A DNA stretch of 64,000 bases, taken from the NCBI GenBank assembly GCA_964188305.1, contig OZ076901.1. One strand, written 5' to 3'. This DNA is from Podarcis bocagei. Its lineage: Eukaryota. Positions 51,184 to 64,000 of the stretch are shown here, piece by piece. The number at the start of each line of letters is the position of its first letter. Positions within the stretch are counted from its first letter, which is position 1. Both the position numbers and the translations under genes were made by a program. The notes beneath the pieces were generated by a model, which was not told where the DNA came from, did no database searches, and saw only the letters and a program-made list of their open reading frames with translations.

Positions 51184-51479
51184 GTGGGTGTGTGGCCAGC
51201 AGTGGCCTCGGCTCCTTCTAGAGGCCCTTGGGGGTGGGGGCAGCCCTTGGGAAAGCAGGTGAAAATGAGGACATTTCTACTGAAATGATGTTCAAGGGAA
51301 GCCATGCCACCAAACAGCAAGGAGCACACCAAGCTCTCGTCCTGTTTCTTTAACAAAATAAATGTCTTTGTTGGAATTTAACAATTATTTTTATTAGCAA
51401 AGAAAAGAAAAGAAACCAAGAGTAAACAAATTCAATTTTACAGCAGGTTGAAAGCAGCATATCATGAAGCTTACTGCTC

Positions 51480-51790
51480 CAAAACACTATGAAAGATGCC
51501 AATTTTTCCATAAATCTGTTAGGCTGGTTCGTATGTATTCTTCTGTGGTGTTAACTTAATCATAGATCAAATTTCCTCAGTACATTTGGATATAGAAGGA
51601 GACGTGCTCCCCTCCCTCCATTTAGCTATGACAGTTTTAGAAGCAGTTCTAAGGTTAACAGTATTTTTCAAAGTAACATATTTTAGATAACCAAGTAGAA
51701 ATGACTAGGATGTACAATGTCCTAACATAACAGAGATATTGGCCTGAACAGATTTCCAGACTTTATATTTGAATCCAATTGATTTTTGTG
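51480..51790 (-). mobile_element. Degenerate L1-like ORF2 3' remnant
   Basis: Minus strand reads ...TASKTVIAKWR..., AT-rich, similar in layout to L1 ORF2 ends. Confidence 0.4.
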
Positions 51791-53213
51791 TGTGTGTTTT
51801 GAAAGCAAACAAGTGAACAATATACAAAACAAACAGGATGTGGTACACTAACCAAAGGAAAACATAGCTCCAGCATTCCAACGAAAACGCAAGAGAGTTG
51901 GAAGTCATTTTACAGGCTCACAATAAATAGCACATTACAAGCCTCCTGTGCTGTTTTTGTTTGTCTGTTTGTTTCAACATTTGTTTCAAGTCAGTGATGC
52001 TTGGGAATTGTATACAGCTACGTAGATTTTTGAGAGGCAGGTGGAAAAATATTGACTCCATTGTTGGGTCACATACATTATGAGAGGGTACCACATCCCA
52101 TCAAATCCCCCCCTTCCTGTTTTTAAGGGGAGGCCCTTCAGGGACGCTGAACTCATTATCCGACCATCGGTCCATCTGACTCAGTATTTTCTGTGCTGAC
52201 TTACAATAGCTCTTTAGGGATTCAGGCAGAATCCGTTCCTGCCCTACCTGGAGATGCCATTGTTTTATTTTTAGACCGATTTGAGCAATACTGAAGACTA
52301 CAGCTCCCATCATCCCTAACTACAACTAGAGACCCAAGTTCGAGAAACACTGGACAGGCTTCCCGTTGGGTCAACTGGTTGGCCACTGTGAGAAGAGGGT
52401 GCTGTGCTAGATGCAGCAGCCAAGCTCTTCTTATGTTCTTCTTAAGAGGAAAGATATTGCAGATGGAGGAAGAAGGAGGTGGACTTTGCAGATCTCGCAG
52501 AGAACCTCAGAAGAGCCTTGCAGCTGGATCAGGCCTAGGGGCCCATCTAGTTGACCATCTTCTTCTCACAGTGGCCTGTATGGGAATCTCTTGCAAAGCT
52601 GAACTGAGCTGGTGTAATGGAAGAGGCAAGCGGATCCTGAACCGACATGCCCTGGGCTACCTAAGTCTCTCTCCTATCCCTGTCCCTCCACTCTCAAAAT
52701 CCTGCTGCAACCGCCCTCCGCTTACTCTTTGTTGGAGAAGTGCTGACCCCTGTTGTTGTTCTCTGGTTTACTGGTTGCTGTGTGCTGCTGTAGTGCCCCT
52801 TTTAGCCTGTCTCTTCAACCTCCAGCAGCCAGGATCCTGTCTTTTCTCTCTGACTTGACAGCTCCTCTGAAATCTGACCGTATTCCTTTCCGGATGGGTG
52901 GTGCCTGATTGACACTGTCAGCACTTCATTTCACAGGGATGCTAACTATTTGACACTCAAAATGTCCCTTGCTTTGAGTTGAGTAACTTGCATGGCACAG
53001 TGCCACACAGTCTGGGGGGTGGCAAATCTGCTAAGGGGTGATGCAGTCAGGTAAGGGGTCCCTCTCGGCCCCTTGAGATGATGACCGGTCTATTGGGGTT
53101 GTGGGGGTGGGGTGCACACACATGCTTGCCAGTTCATCTACACGTATGTGAGCGTGCCCCCACGCACAACAATGGTTTGCCCCTGCATGCTTTTCCTTGC
53201 TTTGCCTTGGCAG

Positions 53214-53356
53214 CGGAGAAGTGGCAAGCACTGTACACCATCCTGGAGGCCTTTGGCAACAGCGGCACGAGCCTGAATGCCAACGCCACCCGCTTCTCAC
53301 AGATAATCTCGCTGGACTTTGACCAGGCTGGGCAGGTGGCCTCTGCCTCTGTGCAG
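53214..53356 (+). CDS. MYO18A: MYO18A motor exon [47 protein letters not shown] (switch-1 region)
   Basis: ttggcag|CGGAG...CAG|gtgaga; 143 nt, phase 1 to 0. Confidence 0.96.
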
Positions 53357-54079
53357 GTGAGAGGGTGTGTCTGTGTGTTGCACACACTTCTAGCAGGTTC
53401 TTATTATGTTCTTGCATTCTTGTATCCCTGCAGCAGTAAGCACTGGTAGTTGTCTTATCCTGAGTCAGACTTTTTTGGTCCATCTAGCTCAGACTTGTCT
53501 ACTCGCAGTCGTTCTCCAGGGTTTTAGACAGGGGTCCTTCCCAGCCCTCCCTGGACTGAACTTTCTGGGACTTCCTGCATGCAAAACAAATGCTCTGCCA
53601 TTGAGCTATCACCCTTCCCTCAAAAATAAAGTGAAATTCCAGCCCTCATGGTGTTGAATTAAAGGCTGGTTTAAATAGGAATGTAGAAAACTTCCTCCTC
53701 TGGAGGCAGACCATTGGCACATCTAGCTCATTATTGTCTGCACTGACAGGCAGCTATGATCTAGGGTTTCATGGGGGGATGGTATTTCTCAGCCCTATCT
53801 GGAGATGCTATTGGGGATTGAACCTGGGGCCTTCTGCATGCAAAAGAGGTTCTCTGTCACTGAGTTACAGCCCTTTTTGCGTTTGCAAGTAATAGGGGGC
53901 TTGTAGGCCACGCTGTCATGGCTGTGATGGTCCCGAGTCTCACAAAATTAGCCAGAAGTGAGAGTATGACAGAAGGTGGGGTAGGAGCTGGGCTTCTGCA
54001 GGAAGTTATTTGGGCCAAAGTGGGAACCCTCTGGCCTTGTACCACGCAGACCTTTTCTCTCTCTGATTGCATCCCTCAG

Positions 54080-54180
54080 ACGATGCTGCTGGAGAAACTC
54101 AGGGTTGCCAAGCGCCCCGCGAATGAGGCCACCTTCAACGTGTTCTACTACTTGCTGGCCTGTTCAGACAATGCCCTCCG
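54080..54180 (+). CDS. MYO18A: MYO18A motor exon [34 protein letters not shown]
   Basis: ccctcag|ACG...CG|gtaagg; 101 nt, phase 0 to 2. Confidence 0.96.
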
Positions 54181-55193
54181 GTAAGGAGGCTGCTGCAGCT
54201 CCCAACTCAAGGGACCAGCGCCTGCCTGGTTGCATGTGTTGCAGTGTCCACCTGGCTTAGGGCTTGGTTGGAAGGAAGCAAGCAAGATAGCTTTTTCAAA
54301 GGTGGCTTTGAAGCCTACTTGAAACCTTCAACTGGTCTGAAATGCAGGGCCCAGATTACTGGCTGGGGTTGCCTTGGGAACTGGAGGCCAGCAATGCTTC
54401 TGAATACCAGTTGCTGGATGCCACTGGAGGGGAAAGGGCTCTTGCACTTGAATCTTGTTTGCAGATTTCCCACAGGTATCTGGTTGGTCACTGTAAGAAG
54501 AAGATGCTGGACTAGGTGCATCACTGACCTGATCCAGCAGGCTCTTCTTACGTGTGTCTGGCCTCCTGTGTTTCTTTCCCGCTGTCCAAAATTGTCATGA
54601 AAATGTCCTTTGAGGTGAGACAAGTCTCGCAGCTCTGCCTTGGGAGGGTTTGTCAGCCTCTTCAGATCTGTTTTGGATATATTCAAATGCCTCTGTGCAT
54701 ATAAGTAAGGAAGGTCTCTCCCCACTGATTAACCGCAGCCCAGCCAGCCCTGAAGTGAGGGGGCAGGACAGTGCAGACCAGGGGCCTTGATGTCCTGAGT
54801 GGTTTTAGGAATTCTGTCTGCTTCTGGCAAATGGAGCTTTTGTTTTTGCTTTAAAAAGATTTTTATTTATGTGCAAAAACTACAACATCACATAAGAAAA
54901 GAAAAACGAGGACAATTCAAACCCTTTAGGTCTTGGATGTTTTGTGATAAAACATGGGCCTGATAATCTTGTAGTTATTGGCTGGGGTAATAATGTGCAA
55001 ATCATTTCAGTTTCTAAGCATCCTGTGGAGGCAGCTGAACATAAATCAAAATCCACAGGGCTCCTGCAAACCAAGGCAACCCTTGTTTTAGTGCAGGGGG
55101 TGGGCTGGGGGGAGGGCAAAGTGGGCCTTTCTGAATTGGGATGCTGCCTCCGGCGCTCTCTCTTGACTCTGTCCTCTTCCCCTCCACCCCCAG

Positions 55194-55257
55194 GACGGAG
55201 CTTCATTTCAACCACTTGGCAGAAAACAACGTCTTTGGGATTGTACCCCTGTCAAAG
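55194..55257 (+). CDS. MYO18A: MYO18A motor exon [21 protein letters not shown]
   Basis: cccccag|GACG...AAG|gtaagg; 64 nt, phase 2 to 0. Confidence 0.95.
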
Positions 55258-56339
55258 GTAAGGTGGCTCAGTCGTAGAAGGGGTGGAGCTAGAGTCAGAC
55301 CATCTGGCTCAATATTGTCTATACTGACTGGCAGCAAGGACTCTCAGGCAGGAGTCTCTCGCAGCCCTACCTGGAGGCCATCGGGGACCTTCTGCTTGCA
55401 AGTCAGATGCTCTACCACTGAGCTATGTCTCCTCTCCTCTTTCTTGATGGGCGGTTGGGCCGCTGAGGGGATCAGAGGTCTGCACGGGTTGCTGGCTAGT
55501 GACTGGGAGAGGCTCACAGTATTGTTGTTAGTATGCAAAGCCTTCAACGCTTCGTGACCACTTTGCGACCGCTTTGCTTGAAAGATCACCTCCGCCCTCT
55601 TTTAACTGCTTTGATCTGTGGGGCTGACATTGCTCTGAGCATCACATAATATTCATTCTGCCCTTGCCAGAAATCAGTCCTTTAGCATGGCGGCCCCAAC
55701 ACTTCGGATCTCTGCACCGTACTGTTTTCAGTGCCCGCTAAAAGCTTCATTGTTCCCAGCAAGCCTGCTGAGGCCTTTAATTTTAGCATGTAATCTCGAT
55801 GATGTGATTTTAGCAAGTATAAGTGTTTTATAATGACTGGTTTTCTTATATCTTTATGTATATTGCTTTTTATTGGTATCTTCAGCGACTGTTCATTGTA
55901 AGCTGCTTGGAGGTATTTCCTTCCAGTAAGCGGTACATAAATTTTGTTAAATAAAAACAATCCTGCTGTGTGAAAGCTCTGGTTGGCTAGCTTTGCGGGA
56001 CAAAGCGGAAAAGTCACCTACCACCAAGAGCTTTTACCCTTGTTCCTGAGGACTTGCATGCAGATTTTTGATTAAAAGCTGTGTGGGGTCCCTGTTCTTG
56101 CTTCCCTGCTCACTCTCTCACCATAGGAGGCAGGAGCATGTGTGTGCTGGTGCCCTGAGCAGGCCACCCGTGGGCCTGTGGATCTTGGCCGTTGTGCCGT
56201 TAAGCCAGCACAGGAAACCACCCCACGTGGCCCTACTGCAGATGCCATTTACTGAGCAATTATAAACAGGCTCCCCATTTTTTTTAGTGCAGGCCAATTG
56301 ACTGTGTATTTTGTTTTATTTATTTCCTGTTGGCTGCAG

Positions 56340-56484
56340 CCGGAGGAGAAGCAGAAGGCCGCCCAGCAGTTCAGCAAGCTCCAGGCAGCCATGAAAGTGA
56401 TGGGCATCTCCAGTGATGAGCAGAAAGCCTTCTGGCTTGTCCTGGGGGCCGTTTATCACTTGGGGGCTGCAGGAGCCACCAAAG
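56340..56484 (+). CDS. MYO18A: MYO18A motor exon [48 protein letters not shown]
   Basis: ggctgcag|CCG...AAAG|gtaatg; 145 nt, phase 0 to 1. Confidence 0.96.
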
Positions 56485-58418
56485 GTAATGGGCCAAGCTG
56501 GTCAAGAGCTGCCTTGCTTGGGCGCTAGGAGTGGCTTCGTTGCTGCTGAGTTGGGCTTGGGATTCCCTTTAGGACACAGGGATGGGAAACCTTCATCCCC
56601 TCTCGGCCAGACGTGAGCCTCTTTGGACCCCTATGAGGTTGTTTCTTACCGAATTAACATTTATTTTATTATCAATACCGCATTTATATCCCACCTTTTC
56701 CTCCAAGGATCTCAAGGTTGTCCCCACTCTTCTCCACCTCTCCATTTTATCCTCACAACAGCCCTGTGAAGTAGGTTAGGCTGATGGTGAATGGCCCATG
56801 CCTTCATGGCTGAACAATATGCAATCTCAGATGTGGAGTGGGTAGAGACACAGCCTCAGAAAGGATTGAGCTCTCCCTGCACACTATTGCAGCAATCCTG
56901 CTTTCTGCAGTCTCTCCCCTCACCCCTTTGACAAGTGGGCAGGAGGACCCACTTGTCAATCACCTGACGTCAAAATGAAGAACAGGCGGGATGAAGTTTG
57001 AATGGAAGAGCTTCAGACAGAGGAGAAGGAGGAGCCAAGTGAAGCCAGGCTGTCGTCAGAGTTGCCGGACTGGACCTTGCTCCTTCTCTGACCCTCTGAC
57101 CTCCATTGCAGGAATTGCTGCTTGACAGCTAACAGTTGAGGGAGCGGAGCAACCAGACAGAGCTGGTCTTCAAGTTGATAACTGCTCTGGAAGTGGGTGG
57201 CTGGGAAATTCCTTTGCGACATCACAAGAACTGCATGGATTAGCCCCCTCCCCACCACACATCAGCCCCAAAGAAGAGAGGGTTCATTTGGATTCAGTGC
57301 CTCCAAGTCTGCCCCGCTGCTCTGGAAACAGAAATTGGTACCTCATGTTTTCTGCAGTCACACTCAGACATAACCAGGAGAGGGCAGTCCATCACAGGGC
57401 TCAGCGCTACAGCTACTGCCTCGTGCACTTTGGGCAACGTGTGTGTGTGTGTGTGTGTAGTGTTTTGCAGCGGCTGGCTTGCTGCTAACACCTGTTCTTT
57501 GGGTGTGTGTTTGTGATTTAATCTATTCCCTGAGCAATGAGTGAGTCGGTTGCTTGGAGCTGTCAGCATCTCTGCTTTAGATGTAGCCCCGTCTTTCAGG
57601 CAGGGTTGCCATGGAGGTGGTGGGCAGCCCACATCTCATCCCTGAGTTTTAGATCACCTGTGATTATCCCTCAGCGGCAGCGAGATCCTCTGCTTGTCAC
57701 ATGGCATTAGGAAGGAACCGTGGCCAATTTTTCTTTTTCAATCTTTTCCTTTCTATATTAAAATCCCGAGCAGGTCTTAGGCCCTTGCTCTGGAACATAG
57801 GAAGCTGTCCTATGCTCCGTCTACCAAAATGTTTGACTGACCGCAGCTCTCCAGCTTTTCAGGCAGGGAGTGTCTCCCACCCTACCTGGAGATGTTGTTG
57901 GGGATTGAACCCTCAACCTTCTGCATGCCAAGCAGATGCTGTATCCATGAGAGAGGTTTGCTCCCTTAGGAACATAGGAAGCTGCCTTCTACTATTGTCT
58001 GCACTGTCTGGCAGCCGTGGCTCCCCAGGGTTTCAGGGAGATGCCATTGTGGGGTTGAACCTGCAACCTTCTGCATGCGAAGCAGCTGCTTTATACCCCT
58101 GAGCTATGTCCCTTCCCCAGTCCTGCCTCCACTCCACTGACGCCTGGAACTGTGCTCCTTCCCATCTAGCTGGTGGAGACAAACTGTGATATGCAACCCA
58201 GAAATCTTGGACCCCTTTGCAATTATCTTTAACTCCACAACTTTGGGATGGGTTTTTTTGTCTCATGAAAGTGTGTGTGTGTGTGTTTGTGTGTGTGTGT
58301 GCCTCACCTGCCTTTGTTGCACCTGATGTCTCTGCAGGAACCTTTTTATGTCAAAGCTGTGTTCTAACTCCCCTCTCTTTGTGTTTGCATGGTGCATGCT
58401 GCTCCCTTTGCAATGCAG

Positions 58419-58430
58419 ACGGCGACGAAG
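58419..58430 (+). CDS. MYO18A: MYO18A 12-nt microexon (adds DGDE between ...ATK and AGRKQF...)
   Basis: ccctttgcaatgcag|ACGGCGACGAAG|gtaaag; phase 1 to 1. Matches the position of the short EAAE insert recalled for mammalian MYO18A. Confidence 0.8.
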
Positions 58431-60366
58431 GTAAAGCCCCCTTTCCTTGCGCCCCCCCAATGAAATCCACCTCCCCTCTGCCCTTTCTCTTCCTCATCCC
58501 CCTCCACCCACATTCCTCCATACCCATGTTTGGTGCCTTCTGGCACACAGGGCTGGTTAGCTCAGTCCCGTTTACCACCTCCCCCTGGTGAGCTCGCTGC
58601 CCCAGATCCTCCTTAGAAGTGGGCCACCAAGGTGGCCCTGGGAGTTCACCCTCTTCCTCTGTGCCATGGTCATGGGGGCAGGAGTTGGGTGGGCTGTCTG
58701 TACATAGGAAGCTGCTTTATAGAGAGATTAATTGCATTAGTCTATGCAGTTCAGTGCTCTCTACACTGACTGGCAGGGGGTCTTTTCCAGCCCTACCATT
58801 GAGGAATGAAACAGGTTCTCTGCCACTGAGCTATGGCACTTTCCCTAAAAAACATAATAACCCAAGAAGCTGCCCCATACCGAATCAGGTCGCTAGGTGT
58901 CTCACCTAGCTTGATATTGCCTGCACTGACTGGCAGCAGCGCTCCAGGCTTTCAGGCAGGCAGCCTTCCCCAGACCTGCCTGCAGATGCCCTAGGGGCTG
59001 CATGTATCATGCAGCTGGTGGTCAGTCCTTCCCATCTTCACCTCAAACCAGCTATGGTGCCCCTCCCTCCCTTCCCCACGTCACGTGTTAAGCAGTTTTG
59101 CACAGGAGGGTCTAGAAACTTAAATGCTTGGCATAATTTACTGTGGACCTCTGTGTGTGGCTATCATTGACCCCCCCCCCCGAAAAAACTTGTATTGTCT
59201 TCTGTCCCTTCTGCTTTGCATCGAAATGTGCTGGACCAGGCCTATCGTGCACAGCCTCACCTTCTAACTTCTGAGCAGCACCTGGTCCTTCATGACACCC
59301 TGTGCAAAGGAGAAATAATCCCTTTCCCCCCGGATATCTATGGGTGGGCAACCCCACCCCAACTGAAACCTTTGAAGATGTGCCCCTTCCTCTGTGGCCC
59401 CAGGAAGGCCCACTGTTAAGAGTGGGATGGCTTCACTTACTGTTAGGAATACAGGAAGCTGCCTTGCACTGAGTCCATCTGGCTCAGTATCGTCTGCACT
59501 GACTGGCAGCAATGGCTCTCCGGGGTTTCAGGCAGAGTGTCCCCCCTAACTCTGCCAGCAGATGCCACTGAGGTTTGAACTGGGGACCTTCTGCTTGCAA
59601 GGCAGATGCTCTACCACCCTCTGCCACAGCTATGTGTCTTGATGGGCGGGTGGACAGCTGGGTAGCTGTCACCAGCAGGTGATGTTTCTGGTTGTTCCCC
59701 CACCTCCCACCCCCCAGTTCTGGCAAGGCGGAGAGAGGGCTGCCTTTCTGCTATTCTCTCCACAGCCCCTTCTTCCTTGGCTGCCTACAGCCCGTCCTGC
59801 AATGGCTCATTGCCATGCTTAGCCTGGCAAGAAGCATTAAGCTGTTGACCTCCAATCTCCCCTCATCAGGCTCCTAAATACATTTTCATTATGTCTCTCT
59901 CTCTCTTTGCCCCCTCACATTTCTTTCACCCCTCCCTTCCCCAGCAACGTCTTGCTTTTTAATTCTGTACAATGTGAACGATGACAAGGCCAAGCAGTGG
60001 GTCGTGCCATGCCGAACCCTGATAAGGCGTGATCCCTCACCTAATGAATTTTATTCCTTTTCCACTGTTCATGTGTGGAGAATCAGATGCTTGTGTTGTC
60101 CCTGGCAGGCCCCTCCTCTCCTCTCCCCTCCACTCCTGGGCTCCTCCTTCCACATTATGAGTGGGGCCTGGAGCTCTCTGTTGACAAGGGGAAGGATGAG
60201 TGCTGACTTGCATATGGTGCTGAGCCCTTGGGTCCTTTCCAGAAATGTCTCCTCTTCCCCACCCCCACCGGGCCAGCACAAGGGAGCTTCTTCGCTTCTC
60301 TTGACTCAGACCTGATGCGCTCTCTCTCTCTCTCTCTCTCTCCATCCCTCCCTCCCCTCTTTTCAG

Positions 60367-60540
60367 CTGGGAGGAAGCAGTTTGCTCGCCACGAGTGGGC
60401 CCAGAAAGCAGCCTACCTGCTGGGCTGCACACTGGAAGAGCTGTCCTCATCCATCTTCAAGCATCAGCCCAAAGGGACCCTGCAAAGATCCACCTCCTTC
60501 CGCCAGGGGCCAGAGGAAGCTGCCTTGGCAGATGGCTCAG
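60367..60540 (+). CDS. MYO18A: MYO18A motor exon [37 protein letters not shown]...ADGS
   Basis: cttttcag|CTGGG...TCAG|gtaagt; 174 nt, phase 1 to 1. Confidence 0.96.
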
Positions 60541-62282
60541 GTAAGTTGAACCTGCAAGGGTCAGAAGCCTCAGAAGTAGAGCGAGGCGGGGCCATCGGTC
60601 CTTCCTGTCCCTTATATATGTGCACACGCACACAAATGTTAGTCACATCCATTAATTTCAATGGGTCTGTTGCTCTTGGCATCCATCTGTCTTGATAGGC
60701 AATGGAAGTGTGTGCCTTCAGGGGTGAAATCAAACTGCTGGAGAATCACAGCGCCTGCTGTGGCTGCAGAGACCAGGGACTTGTAACTGTGGCCTCCTGC
60801 ATTGTTTTTGCTGTGTTTGCAGCCCCCCAAGTGACCTCCCCAGGGCTGTATGGAAGTCCTGGGCTGCCCAGACAACAAGACCCTCCTCAGTGTCACTGGT
60901 GTGGTCCAAAGGAAAGCAGAGCAAGACATTTCCATCAACTCCAGGAGTTGCTGGAAGGAGGCGTACAAGGCGCCATCCAGCCATCTTAGGGATTTCACTC
61001 TGGATCCGTGGAGGGTTTTCTCCTTAGCCTTTTCTTCTCTCAAGGATATCCTGCAAGGCAGCGGAGGTTTAGGATCAGAGTTTTCCTTCTCCTAGATGGG
61101 CTACCTTTCCAGGTGGATGAGCCCATCTGCCTCCCTCCCCCCATTTTCAGTTACAGCATGTGCAGAAATCACCTGCTTGACCGTTGGACCCACTGTTGGT
61201 CTCACCCGCTCATTCCCCTGGATTCAGTGGGTCTGCTGTAATCAACATTGGATACAACACACTCTCTCTTGTGTGTGTTTCATCTATGCAACCCACGCTT
61301 TCTTCTTTTAATAAATTTCCTTCTATCTAGCAGTGGCACAGAAAAGTACAGCATCCCAAAAACGATTAAAGAGAGGCATTTTGAAAGGGTTTTTTGTTGA
61401 TTGGGGTGGGCACACATCAAAGGATTTTTAAATGTGCTTTTAATAAACAGAGGTCAGGTCCAAATGACAATAATAATTAGAACCTAGCCATTATTATGTC
61501 ACAATGGTAGCAAAGGATTGAGGAATACATTTCTGGATATATTGCTTTTAAACTCCAAAGATGCTTTTAAATCTCCAAATGTCACTACATTTAGGATTGG
61601 ATATCATGTTTAAATGAATAGATACTTAAAAAAATAAAAATAAAAAATCCCAACCCACATCTAATTGCATGGAATCATCTCTGTGTGTAGAAATCCCAAC
61701 ATACACAAAAAAATATTCTGGGCTTTTAAAAAAAATGCATGTATCCCCATTTTCACTTATCACACAAGGTGTTGTTTTGGGGGGAGGAATTAAAAACAAA
61801 AGAGCATGAGCAGAGCCTGGCTGCTGGATGAGGCCCGTGGCCCCTCTAGTCCAGCCTCCTGTTCTCAGAGTGGTGGGTCAGGTGCCCCAGAGGGAAACCT
61901 GTCAAAGCAGGGCTGGAGCGCAAGAGGCACACTCCCCCTCCTGCAACTGGCATTCAGAGGCGTATTGCTGCAGACAGGGGAGAGAGAACACAGCCGTCAG
62001 GCTTAGCCTTATTGGCGGCCTTATTCTCCTCTATGAATTTGTCTCATCCTCTTTTAAAGCCATTTATCTTGTGGGCCATTGCTGTCTCATTTGGCAAGGA
62101 GTTCCATAGTTCAAAATAAGTCCTTTCTTTTAGCTGCCCCGAATTTTCCAGCATTCAGCTTCATTGAACGAGTTCTAGTGTGTATTTTTTAAAAAATTAA
62201 TACACAATTATTCAAAAGTTACAATAACAGCTTTGTCCACTGCCATAATATCGTAAAATGATCACTCCCTGAGTTCTAGTGT

Positions 62283-62287
<5 letters not shown>

Positions 62288-62357
<70 letters not shown>

Positions 62358-62360
62358 AAA
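62288..62360. repeat. Compound (GA)n(GAAA)n microsatellite inside a CR1 fragment
   Basis: Direct reading. Confidence 0.9.
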
Positions 62361-62447
62361 GCTTTTTTCTATCCCCTTTCTCTGTATCATGCATCATTTT
62401 ATCCTTTCCTCCTCACTGGGGGTCTCTCTTGTCTCTCGCTCCCCCAG

Positions 62448-62538
62448 GCCCAAAGACGACTGCTCTGGAGTGCTTGGAGGCCCTCGCCTCAGGCCTGTAC
62501 TCTGAACTCTTCACGCTGCTCATCTCACTCCTCAACAG
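62448..62538 (+). CDS. MYO18A: MYO18A motor exon [31 protein letters not shown] (gene continues beyond window)
   Basis: cccccag|GCCCA...AG|gtatgg; 91 nt, phase 1 to 2. Confidence 0.95.
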
Positions 62539-63102
62539 GTATGGAAGTGCCAGTGGTGGGTCTTTCTAGGGATGGGGGAGGCAGAGGATTCAGCTTGCTT
62601 TCAGAGGCGGACCCAGCAAACCTGCACCTTCCAAAACTATGCGTGGATCAGAATGCAGCCATCTTTTGAAACGTGGCTGTTCTCCAGGCTTTGCAGTGCA
62701 AATTCTGGCTCCGTGGGAGACCACCTACCTGCCTTGCATGCAGAAAGTCCCAGGTTCTGTCCCTAATGACATCTCCAGATGGAGCTGCGAAAGATCCTTG
62801 CCTAAAACCTTGGAGAGCTGCTGCCAGTTAGTGTAGACAGTACTGAGTTAGATGGACCCATGGTCTGACTCAGTTTCAGGCAGCTTCCTGCAGAGAAACC
62901 AGAGGATACAGTGGAAAGCAGCTTCCTGCGTTCCTTTGTGTACAAAAATGCACATGCTAGCTTGGGGCCAGTTGTCAGGGCTTGAGCCAGGCATAGGTCA
63001 GCAACAAAAGCAATAAATCACTCAAGGCCAGAGCAGTTAAATGTTTATTCAAGAAAAGAAGCCACAGCTCAGGCCTAGTGGTCTTGGCAATGCTTTCTAG
63101 GA

Positions 63103-63610
63103 CAGTGTTTCCCAACCGGTGTTCCGCGGCACACTAGTGTGCCGTGAGACACCGGCTGGTGTGCCGTGGGAGGGAGGCGGGCGAGAGGCGGCGGCGAGAG
63201 GCGGCAGGGAGGATCCGCGTCGAGCCGGGGCGGCTCCGCGGTGGTGGTGCCGAGCGGCGGGGCAGCGTGCGCAAAAGGGAGGAGCGCGAGACAGCGGAGG
63301 AGGAGGAGGCCGGCATGTCCAGGCAGCAGCAGCAACAGCAGCAGCAGCAACTCCCGGCGACGGCTCCTCCTCCGCCCGCTATCGCAGCCGCCGCCGCCGC
63401 CTCAGCTGCCGCCGCCGCCTCAGCTGCCCTCGCTCTGCTGCCTCCTCCCACCCCGGCAAGGGGGAGGGAAAAAACGTTCACTTTTGTGCGTCCCTCCCGG
63501 CGTGACGCTGCGCGCTGACGTCACGGGGCGGGGCTTTAATGGTGGTGTGCCGCGAGATTTTTTTCCGGTAAGCAGGTGTGCCGTTGCCCAAAAACATTTG
63601 GGAAACACTG
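63103..63610. mobile_element. Non-autonomous hAT element with CpG-island-like interior
   Basis: TIRs CAGTGTTTCCCAA / TTGGGAAACACTG; perfect 8-bp TSD TTCTAGGA. Confidence 0.9.
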
Positions 63611-64000
63611 TTCTAGGAGGTCTTGTCCTGATGGAACACTTGCAAGGACTGAAGGCCCCTGCCTTCCCAGCGCCCACTAGTGCCTGCTTTAAACATTTCC
63701 GTTTACACAATGCCTGTCCAGACTATGTTGTCATGTCATCTGGTTTTTAGCTTATAGTTGATTTATTTATTTTTTAACAGTTTCAAATAGTTGTTTTAAA
63801 CTGTTTTTTAACAGACAGTTTTATTGTTTTTGTAAATGGTTTTGAGATACTTTTTTCCTTTACCATCAAGCGGCTTATAAATGTTGTGAAATAAAAAATA
63901 TAAAAAATGCATATGTAAGTGAAAAGCACATGCAAAAGCGCATTACATGAGGGGAAATGGCTTTGCGAAAGCGTGAACGTTAAAGGAAGCTGCATACAGA

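Noticed and set aside
59945-60030. Possible cassette exon or C/D snoRNA after a pyrimidine tract
   Set aside because: No frame-preserving donor, and no proper C box or terminal stem.
63075-63750. PolyQ/polyA-encoding ORFs
   Set aside because: They lie within a hAT element, are open in several frames because of GC content and do not fit the MYO18A reading frame; kept only as possible captured sequence.

Overview
Vertebrate (squamate, most likely lacertid lizard, judged from Sauria/Squam-type SINEs) genomic DNA covering the 5' half of MYO18A (unconventional myosin XVIIIA) on the + strand. It holds the alpha-isoform first coding exon (KE-rich region + PDZ, 123-1124), a ~46 kb intron, and 11 further exons of the SH3-like/motor region (47079-62538, including a 12-nt microexon); all splice phases fit and the gene continues past the window. 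Hidden in the big intron is a chain of phase-0 exons (33122-33160, 34999-35055, 40152-40964, 42033-42119, 44094-44129). Together they build an alternative ~344-aa Pro/Lys/Ser-rich N-terminus starting MAFSSRFAFWEQK-VKDEDK, which resembles the start of the paralog MYO18B as I recall it and most likely is the striated-muscle 'gamma'-type isoform. It has a candidate MEF2/E-box promoter and non-coding first exon near 27.6-28.0 kb, RBFOX motifs, a coding KSP minisatellite and an apparent non-canonical GG splice donor. A candidate short ('beta'-type) first exon lies at ~44.9 kb. The introns are rich in CR1, L2, L1 and RTE fragments, tRNA-derived SINEs and young DNA-transposon MITEs. Among these are a SINE with a 118-bp target duplication and a hAT element carrying a promoter-like CpG-rich insert. 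No tRNA, rRNA or CRISPR features are supported. All family assignments are from recall, not database searches.
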